This document shows positions 35,073-43,621 of a DNA stretch of 64,000 nt, one piece after another. Position numbers and translations under genes: made by a program. The DNA is from an uncultured Candidatus Saccharibacteria bacterium (GTDB lineage Bacteria > Patescibacteriota > SICC01): positions 74,739 to 138,738 of the forward strand of contig CAZGHP010000001.1 in assembly GCA_964525455.1 (NCBI GenBank), in the 5' to 3' direction. The notes beneath the pieces are model-generated. The model made no database searches, had not been told where the DNA came from, and saw only the letters and a list, made by a program, of their open reading frames with translations. Numbering within the stretch: position 1 is the stretch's first letter; the number at the start of each line of letters is the position of its first letter.

Positions 35073-36278
35073 TCATCCGGGCGTTTCCCGCTGCAGCCGC
35101 AGGTCCTGCCCGAACGCGATCGCGTCGTTCGCCACGCCCTCGCTGCCGAGCATGCCGGCCGGGATCACCGTGAACTCGCCCCAGCGGTCGTTCGCCCGGT
35201 CCACGCCCTCCGACAGGCGCGTACGCCGCCGGACGGGGTCGAACAGCGAAGGCTGCTCCGGATCGGCCGCACGCAGGGCATGGGTGGTCACGGCGAGCTT
35301 GCGGAGCGGCGCTGTCGGTGGTTCGGCCGTGAGCAGTCGCCAGGCATGGGCGAAGAGGTCGTGGTGCCGGTCGGTCGGGGTGAGACGGGCGCCAGCCGTC
35401 CAGCGGTCCCACTCCGCGGTCGGGCCGGATATCGTGAGCGCCCCGGCGCGCCAGCCGTCCCGGCGGAGCCGTCGGGCGACCCGGTGGCAGAGCTTGTGTA
35501 ACAGCGGCTTCAGCCGCGCCGGGTCCGCGGTCGCTCGCGGCAGCACGGAGGAGTGGCCGAGCGTCTTCGTCCCCCAGTCCTGGCGGTCGATCGCATAGCC
35601 GTGCACCCGGAGGTGCCAGTAGTAACCGACGATGCCGAGCCGTCGCTTGAGCTCCCAGGGCGGGAGGTCGTACAGGTCGAGCGGCGAGGCGACACCGGCC
35701 AGTTGGAACCGCGCGGCCAGCCGGTGCGCGATACCGCAGAGATCGGTCAGCTTGAGCTCGTCGAGCACCGCCCGGAGGTTCTCGTGGGTGATCTCGAAGA
35801 GGCCGTCGGGCTTCCGGAAGTCGGACGCCGTCTTCGCGAGCAGCCAGTTCGGGCCGATACCCACGGAGGACGAGAGCCACTCGCCGACCTCGCGCCGGAT
35901 CCGGCGCTTGATCTCGGCGCCGATCTCACGGGCACGCATGGCTTCCGCGGGCTCCAGCCAGAGCGCGACCTCGTCCACCGAGCGTGGTTTCAGTTCGCCG
36001 CGATAGTCGTTCATGATCTTCCGGAACCGGCGGTGCACCGTCCGGTACCGCTGCGGTCGCGGCGGCAGGATCGTGATCTCCGGGATCAGCCGCCGGGCCT
36101 CGCCGACCTTGGTGCCGGTCTTCACGCCGTACCGCTTCGCCTCGATGGAGGCGGCGACGATCGTCCCGCCCGGCGAATCCACCGGGGCGACACCCACCGG
36201 CCGGCCGCGCAGCGACGGCCAGGCCTGCTGCTCGACCGTCGCGAAGAACGAGTCCATGTCGAGATGGAGGACGGTCAT
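35073..36278 (-). CDS. dinB: DNA polymerase IV (Y-family)
   Basis: MTVLHLDMDSFFATVEQ N-terminus; ATG at 36278 (RBS GGGGGA) within longer stop-free ORF 35073..36671. Confidence 0.85.
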   Translation of the reverse strand: MTVLHLDMDSFFATVEQQAWPSLRGRPVGVAPVDSPGGTIVAASIEAKRYGVKTGTKVGEARRLIPEITILPPRPQRYRTVHRRFRKIMNDYRGELKPRSVDEVALWLEPAEAMRAREIGAEIKRRIRREVGEWLSSSVGIGPNWLLAKTASDFRKPDGLFEITHENLRAVLDELKLTDLCGIAHRLAARFQLAGVASPLDLYDLPPWELKRRLGIVGYYWHLRVHGYAIDRQDWGTKTLGHSSVLPRATADPARLKPLLHKLCHRVARRLRRDGWRAGALTISGPTAEWDRWTAGARLTPTDRHHDLFAHAWRLLTAEPPTAPLRKLAVTTHALRAADPEQPSLFDPVRRRTRLSEGVDRANDRWGEFTVIPAGMLGSEGVANDAIAFGQDLRLQRETPG

Positions 36279-36286
36279 CGTTCCCC

Positions 36287-36541
36287 CTACGCCACCCCGA
36301 AGCCGACTTCCTCCAGCGTCCAGGACAGTCGTTGCTGAGAATAGGACAGTACGCAGTCGCCGGCATCGGTGGTGACGGCGTAGTAGTGGAGCGTGTCGGT
36401 GCCTTTCGGCTCGGCGTGGTGGAGGTTCAGCTTCTGGATCCAGTAACGGCGTCCTTGCCAGCGCAGTAGCACGGGCAGCGCCCGGCCGCCTTCGAACTTG
36501 GCCAGCACGGTCACGCGTTCCTGTAGTTCGGTTCCACCCAT
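36287..36541 (-). CDS. small hypothetical protein (84 aa) co-transcribed upstream of dinB
   Basis: Ends 9 nt before dinB start; preceded by palindrome. Confidence 0.4.
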   Translation of the reverse strand: MGGTELQERVTVLAKFEGGRALPVLLRWQGRRYWIQKLNLHHAEPKGTDTLHYYAVTTDAGDCVLSYSQQRLSWTLEEVGFGVA

Positions 36542-36552
36542 GGCAGGAGTGA

Positions 36553-36574
36553 ATAGTATACGTTTGTATACTAT
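36553..36574. promoter_or_regulatory. inverted repeat ATAGTATAC-GTTT-GTATACTAT, candidate SOS/LexA-type operator
   Basis: 9-bp perfect arms with 4-nt spacer in divergent intergenic region upstream of small-ORF/dinB operon. Confidence 0.4.
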
Positions 36575-36585
36575 CGGGCAAGCAG

Positions 36586-37806
36586 GTGAGCGAAGAGGCG
36601 CCTGATCCCTCCGGTGGCGCCCCGTTTTTCCGGTACAATGGCTCCGTGCCGGAAAAGAAACGCCGTTTCAAAGGAAATCACCGCAAGATCCTGCTCGCCG
36701 TAGCGGCGGGAATCCTGGTCTACGCGCTTGGGTTCTACGCCGGCAAATACGGTATCCCGCCCCGGCAATACGCGGCGGGCGACACCGGCCGGCTCGCCGA
36801 TTACACCGAGTTCTATGAGGCCAAGCAATTGGTCGAGGACCGCTACGTCGGGAACGTCGACGCCCAGAAGTTGATAGACGCGGCGACCGACGGCCTGGTG
36901 AACGGCCTGGACGATCCGTACAGCGATTACCTTACCGCGCCGGAGGTGCGGGAGCTTGAGGATTCGCTCTCCGGGGAGCTTGAGGGTATCGGTATCGAGA
37001 TCGGCGTGCGTGACGAACAGGCCGTGGTGATCGCCCCGCTGCCGGACTCGCCGGCGGAACGCGCCGGCATCAAGGCCGGGGACCGCGTGGTCGCGGTCGG
37101 GGACCGGCCGACGGTCGGCCTGACGGTCGACGAAGTCGCCGACCGGATCCGCGGTACGGCCGGCACCGAGGTACGGGTCACGGTGCAGACGCCCGGGCAG
37201 CGGCCGCGGGAGCTCACCATCACGCGGGAGAAGTTGAAGGCCCCGTCGGTCAGCGTCCGGTTCGAGGGCGCCGTGGCCGTGCTGGAAATCTCCCGCTTCG
37301 GCGATGAGACCACGGCGGACCTCAAGCGGGCGGCGGATCGGATCCTGGCCCGCGACCCGCGGGGCATCGTACTGGACTTGCGGGGCAACCCGGGCGGTTT
37401 CCTTGATGGCGCGGTGGATGCCGCCTCCGTGTTCCTCAAGGACGGCGTGGTGGTCAAGGAACGCTTCAAGGACAAGACCGAGGAACGTTCCGTCTCGAAC
37501 GACGGCCGCTTGGCCGGTATCCCGGTGGTCGTGCTGACGAACGAGGGGACCGCCAGTGCCGCGGAAATCCTCGCCGGGGCGCTCCGCGACAACCGTGACG
37601 TCAGGCTGGTCGGCGAACAGACGTTCGGCAAGGGTTCGGTGCAGGACCTGATCGGCCTGGAAGACGGCGCGGTCCTCAAGCTCACCATCGCCGAGTGGCT
37701 GACACCGAACGGCCAGTCGCTTTCGAAACACGGCCTTAAACCGGATATCACCGTGTCCTCCAAGGACCCGGCCGCCCAGCTCCGCCGGGCGATTGAGGCG
37801 CTGTAG
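36586..37806 (+). CDS. C-terminal processing peptidase (S41, Ctp/Prc-like) with PDZ domain
   Basis: PDZ GIGIEIG..VVIAPLPDSPAERAGIKAGDRVVAV; LDLRGNPGG S41 motif; start uncertain (GTG 36586 or GTG 36643). Confidence 0.8.
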   Translation: MSEEAPDPSGGAPFFRYNGSVPEKKRRFKGNHRKILLAVAAGILVYALGFYAGKYGIPPRQYAAGDTGRLADYTEFYEAKQLVEDRYVGNVDAQKLIDAATDGLVNGLDDPYSDYLTAPEVRELEDSLSGELEGIGIEIGVRDEQAVVIAPLPDSPAERAGIKAGDRVVAVGDRPTVGLTVDEVADRIRGTAGTEVRVTVQTPGQRPRELTITREKLKAPSVSVRFEGAVAVLEISRFGDETTADLKRAADRILARDPRGIVLDLRGNPGGFLDGAVDAASVFLKDGVVVKERFKDKTEERSVSNDGRLAGIPVVVLTNEGTASAAEILAGALRDNRDVRLVGEQTFGKGSVQDLIGLEDGAVLKLTIAEWLTPNGQSLSKHGLKPDITVSSKDPAAQLRRAIEAL

Positions 37807-37845
37807 ACTGGTTTCCGGACGCGGGAACCGGTAGCATGGGGCGGT

Positions 37846-38346
37846 ATGAAGCGCAGCCATCGGCAGCTCCCGGTCATTTTGCATGAGGACCTCGACGGCG
37901 TCGGGTTCGCCGGCGAACTTGTCCGTGTGCGGGCCGGTTTCGCCCGGAATTTCCTGCTCCCGAAGGAACTTGCCGTAGTCGCGACGACCGCCCGGGTCGC
38001 CGAGCGCGAAAAGGACATCGCCACGGCCGAAGCGCGGCGGGCGAAGGAGACGGCCGATCGCGAGGAACTGGCTGGCGCGCTCGCCGAGACTCCGGTCGCA
38101 CTCACCCTCAAGGTCGGTCCCGGTGGCCAGGTATTCGGTTCGGTCCCGGCCACGGAATTCGCGAAAGCGGTCAAGGAACAACGCAAGCTGACGGTCGACC
38201 CCAAGCAGCTCTCAGGACTTCCCCTGGCATCGCTCGGGCCGGCCCAGGTGTCTGTTAAACTGGGACTTGGCGTAACGGCGTTGATTCCCGCGACGGTCAC
38301 GGGGGTAAAGGCCGCGAAGAACGCCCCGCAACCGACCACCGCCTGA
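37846..38346 (+). CDS. rplI: 50S ribosomal protein L9
   Basis: LPVILHEDL...GFARNFLLPKELA N-domain. Confidence 0.8.
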   Translation: MKRSHRQLPVILHEDLDGVGFAGELVRVRAGFARNFLLPKELAVVATTARVAEREKDIATAEARRAKETADREELAGALAETPVALTLKVGPGGQVFGSVPATEFAKAVKEQRKLTVDPKQLSGLPLASLGPAQVSVKLGLGVTALIPATVTGVKAAKNAPQPTTA

Positions 38347-38412
38347 TGACTACTTTCCAAGCCCTCCGCCACCTGACGGGGGAGGAGTCTCTCCGCGCGA
38401 GGGAGGTTCAGG

Positions 38413-40080
38413 GTGGCTAAGGCACCGGCTCGCCAGCCGCGGACCAAGTTCATCTTTGTGACCGGTGGCGTGGTCAGTTCGCTCGGCAAGGGCGTGACCA
38501 CGGCGGCGCTCGGGCGGCTGCTCAAGGGCCGCGGCGTGAAGGTCTCGATCCTCAAGATCGACCCGTACATCAACGTCGACCCCGGCACGATGAATCCCTA
38601 CGAACACGGCGAAGTGTTCGTGACCGCCGACGGTGCGGAGACCGACCAGGACCTCGGCCATTACGAGCGGTTCGTCGACGAGGAGCTGGTCCGCGAATCG
38701 AACTTCACCACCGGCCAGGTCTACCAATCGTTGATCGAGGCGGAACGGCGCGGCGATTACCTTGGCAAGACCGTCGAGGAGGTGCCGCACGTGACCGACG
38801 AGATCATCCGGCGGTTGACCGCGGCGGCGGAAAAGACCGGTGCCGAGGTACTGTTGGTCGAACTCGGCTCGACGATCGGCGACATCAAGGGCATGGTGTT
38901 CCTGGAGGCGTTCCGGCAGCTGCGGAACCGCCTGGGCCGGGACAACGTCCTCTCTGTCCACGTGACGCTGTTGCCGCACCTCGGGACCACCAAGGAGCTC
39001 AAGACACGACCAGCGCAGTACAGCGTGCGGGAGCTTCGGAGCTACGGCCTGCCGACGCAGGTGTTGGTGGCCCGCGCCGACCAGCCGATCACGGAAGAGA
39101 TCCTCGACAAGCTTGCCGCCACCTGTGACGTCGACCGCCGCGCGGTGATCCCGATGACCACGACCAAGAACATCTACGACGTGCCGGTGCGGTTCGAGCA
39201 GCGCGGGCTCGGCCAGTACATCGACGACGTACTCGGCCTGGGCGGCACCGAATCCGACCTGCAGGGATGGGCCGCGATGGTGGACCGGACCGAGCGGCTG
39301 AAGCGTGAGGACGTCCTGGAGATCGCGATCGTCGGGAAGTACGTGGAGTTGAACGACGCATACATCTCCGTGTCCGAGGCCGTGAAGGCGGCGGCGCTGG
39401 AGCAGCCGCCGGCAGGCCGCGGCGTGACGATCCGCTGGGTGAATTCCGGCGATATCGAGAAGGAGGGCCCGCGCCTGCTCGACGGCGTGGACGGCGTGGT
39501 GGTGCCCGGCGGGTTCGGCGACCGTGGCATCGAAGGCAAGATCATGACCGCCCACTGGTGCCGGGAGAACCAGGTGCCGTACCTCGGCCTGTGTCTTGGC
39601 ATGCAGATCCTGACGATCGAGTTCGCACGGCACGTGCTCGGCGACGACGCGGCGCATTCCGCCGAATTCGCCCCGAACGCGGAACATAAGGTGATCGACC
39701 TGATGGAATCACAGAAGTCGGTCTACGTGAAAGGCGGTACCATGCGGCTCGGGAATTATCCGTGCAAACTGGCCGCGGGTTCGCTGGCCCGGCAGGCGTA
39801 CGACGCGGAGGAAATCACCGAACGGCACCGCCATCGGTACGAATTCAACAACGAATACCGCGACCAGCTCTCGCAGGCGGGCTTGCGGATCGCCGGCACT
39901 ACGCCGGACGACGTGCTGGTGGAGATCGTCGAGATCGAGGATCATCCGTTCATGGTCGGCAGCCAATTCCACCCGGAATTCAGGTCGCGGCCCGACCGCG
40001 CGCACCCGTTGTTCGCGGCGTTCGTGGGAGCGGTCGCGGGGGTTACGCAAAAAAAGCCGGCACGGGCGAAAAGCGCCTGA
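38413..40080 (+). CDS. pyrG: CTP synthase
   Basis: KFIFVTGGVVSSLGKG, GLCLGMQ glutaminase motif; RBS GGGAGG. Confidence 0.9.
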   Translation: MAKAPARQPRTKFIFVTGGVVSSLGKGVTTAALGRLLKGRGVKVSILKIDPYINVDPGTMNPYEHGEVFVTADGAETDQDLGHYERFVDEELVRESNFTTGQVYQSLIEAERRGDYLGKTVEEVPHVTDEIIRRLTAAAEKTGAEVLLVELGSTIGDIKGMVFLEAFRQLRNRLGRDNVLSVHVTLLPHLGTTKELKTRPAQYSVRELRSYGLPTQVLVARADQPITEEILDKLAATCDVDRRAVIPMTTTKNIYDVPVRFEQRGLGQYIDDVLGLGGTESDLQGWAAMVDRTERLKREDVLEIAIVGKYVELNDAYISVSEAVKAAALEQPPAGRGVTIRWVNSGDIEKEGPRLLDGVDGVVVPGGFGDRGIEGKIMTAHWCRENQVPYLGLCLGMQILTIEFARHVLGDDAAHSAEFAPNAEHKVIDLMESQKSVYVKGGTMRLGNYPCKLAAGSLARQAYDAEEITERHRHRYEFNNEYRDQLSQAGLRIAGTTPDDVLVEIVEIEDHPFMVGSQFHPEFRSRPDRAHPLFAAFVGAVAGVTQKKPARAKSA

Positions 40081-40085
40081 CCGGG

Positions 40086-40361
40086 CTACGCTTCGACCGA
40101 GACCGTGGTCTTCCGGACGCGGGCTCCGGTGAACGTGGTCTTCTGACGCTTGCCGTACTTCACCCTGCCGGTGGCGGTGGCGAACAGCGTATCGTCCTTG
40201 CCGCGGCCGACGTTCACGCCGGCCTGCATCCAAGAGCCGCGCTGCCGTACGAGGATCGCGCCGGCATGGACCTGTTGGCCGTCGCCTACTTTCACGCCAA
40301 GCCGCTGGGCGTTCGAATCGCGCCCCAGTTTGGTAGTGCCGCCAGCTTTAGTATGTGCCAT
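40086..40361 (-). CDS. rpmA: 50S ribosomal protein L27
   Basis: [24 protein letters not shown]. Confidence 0.85.
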   Translation of the reverse strand: MAHTKAGGTTKLGRDSNAQRLGVKVGDGQQVHAGAILVRQRGSWMQAGVNVGRGKDDTLFATATGRVKYGKRQKTTFTGARVRKTTVSVEA

Positions 40362-40364
40362 GTG

Positions 40365-41576
40365 TCAGGTTCTCTGGAAAATGAATAGTTCGTGGATGAC
40401 CCGCTGTTTCGGCCGGGCGACGTCGATCGAGCCGCGGTCGGTGAGCTCCGGATAGGAATGTCCCTGCGGAGTGGGTCGGATTACAGTGTAACCAAGGCGG
40501 GAAATCCGTTCAACGTCCAGGAGGCGGCGCGGCTTCCGCGATCCGGGCGTCCGCCAGGCCGGAAGCGTGATCACGAGCCGCGATCCGGGCATCAGGAACG
40601 CGGCGGCGCGTTGCAGGAACTTGCCGATCAGTGTCTCGACGAACTTCGCTTCGTGCTCCATGTCGGCGGCATCCGCCCCCTGCTTGAGCGGGCTGCCGAG
40701 GTAGCCTTCCGTGGCGAGCGCCGCGACCCGGCCGGCAGGCAGGGCGGTCGTGGCATCATGGGTGGCCACCTCCGTCTTCGGGAGTCCCGGATGCTGTTCC
40801 GCGAGCCAGCGGAGGTTCCGTTGTGCGGCCTGCACGGCATCGGCCGTGATGTCGGAACCGAACGTCCGGTGGCCGAGCATGGCCGACTCCATCAACAGGT
40901 TCCCGTTACCGCAGAACGGGTCGTAGACGGCGAGTTTCGTGTCGCCGCGGGTCGCCAGGTTGACCATCGTGCGGGCGAGCTGCGGCGGGAGCATCCCGCG
41001 CCGCGCGTCCGCCGCGGGCTTGTCGTAATCACGCGCGCCGAAACCCTCGAAATCATAGACCCAGACGGTCCGGCCGCTTCGGTACCCCTCCGGCGTCTCG
41101 AACACGCAGAAGTCGGCGCCCGGGCTGATCAATCCGTTATGGCGGACCTGCACGGCGGACAGTTCGCCGTCCGGGAAGCGCCCGGAGCGGCCCTTCGGCC
41201 GTCCGACGAACCGCGCCGGCACGCCGCGTTCCTTGAGATGCCGCTTGAGAGCGGTGGCCAGTGGCGTGGCATGGTCGCTGGCGTACGAACTTACGCCGAA
41301 GGCGAGCTTGCCGTCGGCCGGCACGTCCGGGATCTCGGCCTGCAGGGCGGTAGTCGCGTCGGGGTACGTTCGGGCGGAGAGCCGGACCAGTTTGGTGACC
41401 GCTCCTGTCCGCTCCGCCAGCGCCGGGTCGAATCCAGCGAGTTCCATGGCGTACTTCCCGAGCGGACTGATCGTGAAGCCATGCGTTTCCGACAACGCGA
41501 CCAGTTCCGCGGTGGAAAGCGCCGGGTTGCGGCCGAAGATAGCGGCGTAGTTCGGTTGGGTCATGCTACGATGCAT
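40365..41576 (-). CDS. THUMP-domain class I SAM-dependent RNA methyltransferase (Trm11/RlmL-like, UPF0020)
   Basis: VYDPFCGNGNLLMESA motif I; N-terminal THUMP-like region. Confidence 0.6.
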   Translation of the reverse strand: MHRSMTQPNYAAIFGRNPALSTAELVALSETHGFTISPLGKYAMELAGFDPALAERTGAVTKLVRLSARTYPDATTALQAEIPDVPADGKLAFGVSSYASDHATPLATALKRHLKERGVPARFVGRPKGRSGRFPDGELSAVQVRHNGLISPGADFCVFETPEGYRSGRTVWVYDFEGFGARDYDKPAADARRGMLPPQLARTMVNLATRGDTKLAVYDPFCGNGNLLMESAMLGHRTFGSDITADAVQAAQRNLRWLAEQHPGLPKTEVATHDATTALPAGRVAALATEGYLGSPLKQGADAADMEHEAKFVETLIGKFLQRAAAFLMPGSRLVITLPAWRTPGSRKPRRLLDVERISRLGYTVIRPTPQGHSYPELTDRGSIDVARPKQRVIHELFIFQRT

Positions 41577-41611
41577 GGTAACAGGGCGGCTGGATAAAAG
41601 CGCGTAAAAAC

Positions 41612-42250
41612 ATGAAAACCATCAAGCTGAGCAGCCATAATCTTGAGGAAGCCGTCGCTACGGCGGTCGAGTTCCTGATCGAGGGCGGCGTAGTATTGCT
41701 TCCCACCGAGACCAGCTACGGCTTGGCGGCCGACGCGGCGCGGGAGGAGGCGGTGGCGGCGGTGCTCCGGCTCAAGCAGGATACCTCGGGGAAACCGCTG
41801 GCGGTGATCACGGACGGCCGCCGACAGGCGGAGGCGATCGCGGCGTTCAATCCGGCCGCCGTCCGGCTGTGGGACCGGTTCCTGCCGGGCCCCCTGACGC
41901 TGGTACTGCCGGTATCCTTGGGCGCCGGGCTGGTGCCGCAGTGCGTGGGCAAGGAACGGACGGTCGGCGTCCGGTACCCCGACTACCCGTTCGCCGTGCA
42001 GGTGGCCGAACGCTTGGAGCGGCCGTATGCGGCGACCAGTGCGAATCTCTCCGGACGGCCGCCGGCGTACAGCGTGGAAGAATTCCTCGGCTCCTTGCCC
42101 GAAGAGGCCGGGCTGCCGCACCTGGTGGTCGACGCCGGCACGCTCCCGATCCGGCCGGTCTCGACGGTGGTCAGTGTCATCGACGGCGTGGAGGTGCTTC
42201 GTGAAGGCGCGATCGCACGAGCGGAAATCGAGTCGGTGCTTGCGGACTGA
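41612..42250 (+). CDS. tsaC: L-threonylcarbamoyladenylate synthase (YrdC/Sua5 family)
   Basis: VVLLPTETSYGLAADA, 212 aa. Confidence 0.8.
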   Translation: MKTIKLSSHNLEEAVATAVEFLIEGGVVLLPTETSYGLAADAAREEAVAAVLRLKQDTSGKPLAVITDGRRQAEAIAAFNPAAVRLWDRFLPGPLTLVLPVSLGAGLVPQCVGKERTVGVRYPDYPFAVQVAERLERPYAATSANLSGRPPAYSVEEFLGSLPEEAGLPHLVVDAGTLPIRPVSTVVSVIDGVEVLREGAIARAEIESVLAD

Positions 42251-42278
42251 GCGAGCGGACATACGGTAAGCTGGGGTC

Positions 42279-43514
42279 ATGAGCCTTAAGCAACGGGATT
42301 CCGACCTTTTCTCCGCGATCGAGCGCGAAGCCAAGCGCCAGCGCGATGGCCTGGAGCTGATCGCCTCTGAGAACTACGTCTCGCAAGCGGTCCTGGAGGC
42401 GACCGGATCGATCCTTGCCAATAAGTACGCCGAAGGCTATCCGGGTAAGCGGTACTACGGCGGGTGCCAGTTCGTGGACGAAGTCGAAGAACTGGCCCGC
42501 GAGCGGGCGAAAGAGCTGTTCGGCGTAAAATTCGTGAACGTCCAGCCGCACTCCGGTGCACAGGCGAACATGGGAGTCTATCTGGCACTGGTCGAACCGG
42601 GCGACACGATCATGGGTCAATCGCTGGCCGAGGGTGGTCACCTTACCCACGGCTCGCCGGTGAACTTTTCCGGGAAATTCTACAACGTGGTGCCGTACGG
42701 ACTCGACTCCGAGACTGAACGGGTAGACATGGAGCGGGTCGCCGCGCTGGCCAAGGAGCATCGTCCCAAGCTGATCATGGCCGGCTACTCGGCCTATTCG
42801 CACGCATTGGACTGGGCGAAGTTCCGGGAAATCGCGGATTCAGTCGGGGCATACCTAGTGACTGACATCGCCCATATCGCCGGTCTGGTGGCGGCGGGCG
42901 AATATCCCGGTCCGGTCGGCCAGGCGCATGTAATCACGACTACGACCCACAAGACGCTGCGCGGTCCGAACGGCGGGATGATCATGACCGACGACAAGGA
43001 ACTGGCGGAGAAGATCGACAAGGCGGTATTTCCCGGGATGCAGGGAAGGCCATTGATGCACGCGATCGCCGCCAAGGCGGTCTGTTTCGGTGAGGCCCTA
43101 CGGCCGGAATTCAAGGGATATGCCAAACAGGTGATCAGGAACGCCCAAGCACTGGCGGAACAGCTTACATCCGACGGTTTCAGGCTTGTCTCCGGCGGTA
43201 CCGACAACCACCTGATGTTGGTCGACCTCCGGCCATTCGGCGTGACCGGTAAAGTGGCGGAGGAAACGCTCGACGCGGCCGGAATTACGCTGAACAAGAA
43301 CGCGATTCCGAACGATCCGGAAAGTCCGTTCGTAACCAGCGGCGTGCGGATCGGGACGCCGGCGGTGACGACACGGGGGATGCAGGAGGCTGAGATGCGG
43401 AAGATCGGAGAACTAATTACCCGGACGCTCAGGGGAGCTCAAGATGAAAGCGTGCAGAATGCCGTCCGCAAAGAAGTTCGCGAGCTGACTGGCCGGTTCC
43501 CGCTACCTGCCTGA
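42279..43514 (+). CDS. glyA: serine hydroxymethyltransferase
   Basis: [14 protein letters not shown] lysine region [10 protein letters not shown]. Confidence 0.9.
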   Translation: MSLKQRDSDLFSAIEREAKRQRDGLELIASENYVSQAVLEATGSILANKYAEGYPGKRYYGGCQFVDEVEELARERAKELFGVKFVNVQPHSGAQANMGVYLALVEPGDTIMGQSLAEGGHLTHGSPVNFSGKFYNVVPYGLDSETERVDMERVAALAKEHRPKLIMAGYSAYSHALDWAKFREIADSVGAYLVTDIAHIAGLVAAGEYPGPVGQAHVITTTTHKTLRGPNGGMIMTDDKELAEKIDKAVFPGMQGRPLMHAIAAKAVCFGEALRPEFKGYAKQVIRNAQALAEQLTSDGFRLVSGGTDNHLMLVDLRPFGVTGKVAEETLDAAGITLNKNAIPNDPESPFVTSGVRIGTPAVTTRGMQEAEMRKIGELITRTLRGAQDESVQNAVRKEVRELTGRFPLPA

Positions 43515-43621
43515 CGTGTCACAGGGCCGTGGCCAGACACCCGACACTTTCAGTTACCCAGTAATAGCCGGGGGAGGGTATGCGGCGCTCCTGTTTTTCG
43601 TATAACCGCTAAAATGGACCA

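Noticed and set aside
36927-38588. 553-aa minus-strand ORF (and 36571..38181)
   Set aside because: Antisense to S41 peptidase, rplI and pyrG 5' end; Ser/Arg/Pro-rich shadow ORFs
38350-39687. 445-aa minus-strand ORF
   Set aside because: Antisense to pyrG
40392-41597. 401-aa plus-strand ORF
   Set aside because: Antisense to the THUMP-type RNA methyltransferase gene, which has clear SAM-binding motifs
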